This document shows, one piece after another, positions 62,634 through 64,000 of a stretch of 64,000 nt of DNA. The translations under genes and the position numbers were made by a program. Every line of letters starts with the position of its first letter. Positions within the stretch are counted from its first letter, which is position 1. The notes beneath the pieces were generated by a model. That model did no database searches, was not told the DNA's origin, and was given only the letters and a program-made list of their open reading frames with translations. The stretch is from Rhynchobatus australiae (Eukaryota), in contig JAUZTB010000076.1 in NCBI GenBank assembly GCA_034780895.1, forward strand, positions 92,888,610 through 92,952,609, in the 5' to 3' direction.

Positions 62634-64000
62634 NNNNNNNNNNNNNNNNNNNNNNNNNNNNNNNNNNNNNNNNNNNNNNNNNNNNNNNNNNNNNNNNNNN
62701 NNNNNNNNNNNNNNNNNNNNNNNNNNNNNNNNNGTGGGGAACCCAGTAACAGTGCTTAACCTTTCAAATAGGCTGTAAAATTAAAGGAAACCTCCATGTA
62801 TTTTTTTTTTACAAATACAAGCTCTTCTTTTAAACTCTCTGCTATGAAGTAATGTCAACAAAAGCTACAGGTTGTAGCATAAACAACAAGATAACTCTGG
62901 TGTGGCTTTTGAAAGCATTAAACAGCAGAGAAAAACACCATTAACTTTTTGTGAAGCTAATAAATTGCAACTTTTCCTCGGTCAAAGCATTTTTTGTGGT
63001 GCAAAAGGTTGGGCATCAAACATACCTGTGTGGGACAATTCGTGGTCATGAACATGATACAGTTAAAAGGAATGGTTTGGTTAATCAAGCTGTCACAGGT
63101 GTGTTTCTTGGATTATAAAATAAGGAAACTTTAGGACAAACGTTGGTAATGCGCAAAGGAAATATGGACAGAATTCATTATTTGTGCAGAGTCAGAGAGA
63201 GGTGCATGTGAGTGTATATACCATAGGTTACAGTTGAGAGTTAAAGCTGTTCAAAAGTACAGAATCCGAAAGTCATAATGGAGTGCAACAATATTGAGTA
63301 TTTTACATTAGAATTTAGTCATTTCACAAAACATCTTATGTTATATTACTTTTGTATTTGTACTAACATTATCTCATTTGTTCAGACTTATTGAACATTT
63401 TTAAAACAAGTAGCGAGGTTGGAGTTGTGCTGCACTATGGACCTTGACTGGATTTCCCCCACCTGGATGGGTTCGGGCCAATCTCAGTGTATAGGGGTGA
63501 GCCGGCCTCGTCAGATGTGATGACATCATGAAACTAGGTCAATGGAAAGGAGTTCATGCAGGAAACAGGGTGGATGGACAGGCAGTCCATGGGCTTGCGT
63601 AGGACACTTTACACTAAACTATTTCATAAAATGTAGATGGAGAAGTTCAGAAAGAGAAGTCAGTTAAGAAGCAGCTGAAAGAAAAAATAGTAAAAATTGG
63701 TGGCCGAGGTGAATACACTTTCAAGTTCTATATGAGAGCAGGAAGTAGCAGCAGTATAGCTATTGATATACCGGAAAAAGAGGTGAGGGAGTGGGCCTGA
63801 GTAGGGCTGAAACAAGGATGTTCCACATTTCCTACAGAGAGACATAATTTGTTTGCATCCAGGTTCCCACACAGCTAAATCTTTAATTTGACTGGTGTGT
63901 GGAGTTTAATAAATGGACTCTCATTTCTATTGCAGGACTTGCTCGAACATCAGGTAAAACATTACACATAAGATTTATAAATTAATCGCTTCATTTAAAA

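Noticed and set aside
63440-63560. CCAAT box and CRE-like tgatgacatca near a few CpGs
   Set aside because: Isolated short motifs with no CpG island or downstream exon; cannot support a promoter call.
31000-64000. Expected upstream ARID1B exon ending ...QAAANSAQS
   Set aside because: Not found by eye or in the ORF track. Presumably beyond the window or hidden in a gap, so it is not annotated.

Overview
Eukaryotic genomic DNA from a gapped draft assembly, AT-rich and about half decayed repeats. The CR1/HER1-type LINEs, V-SINEs and Deu-SINEs point to a cartilaginous fish (ray or shark); this is inferred from repeat content. The whole window lies inside ARID1B (BAF/SWI-SNF subunit) on the minus strand. 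Only two coding exons are visible: a 129-nt frame-symmetric cassette-type exon (30952-30824) and a 146-nt exon (10864-10719). Nearly all listed ORFs are spurious, span N gaps, or are retroelement remnants (CR1 ORF1 esterase, APE endonuclease, RT; RTE). The most interesting signals are: (1) a well-formed 82-nt stop-containing candidate poison exon (20196-20115) with a recursive-splice-like TAG|GTAGGA site about 230 nt upstream; (2) RBFOX and QKI motifs clustered downstream of the 129-nt exon; (3) a ~1.25-kb foldback (51060-52313) with ~165-nt inverted arms enclosing a multi-hairpin core; (4) decayed hammerhead-ribozyme cores in a dispersed repeat; (5) two V-SINEs with the same body but different LINE-derived tails; (6) a Tc1 IR/DR end cut off by a gap. 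Gene and family assignments come from recalled sequence similarity, not database searches. Repeat boundaries are approximate.
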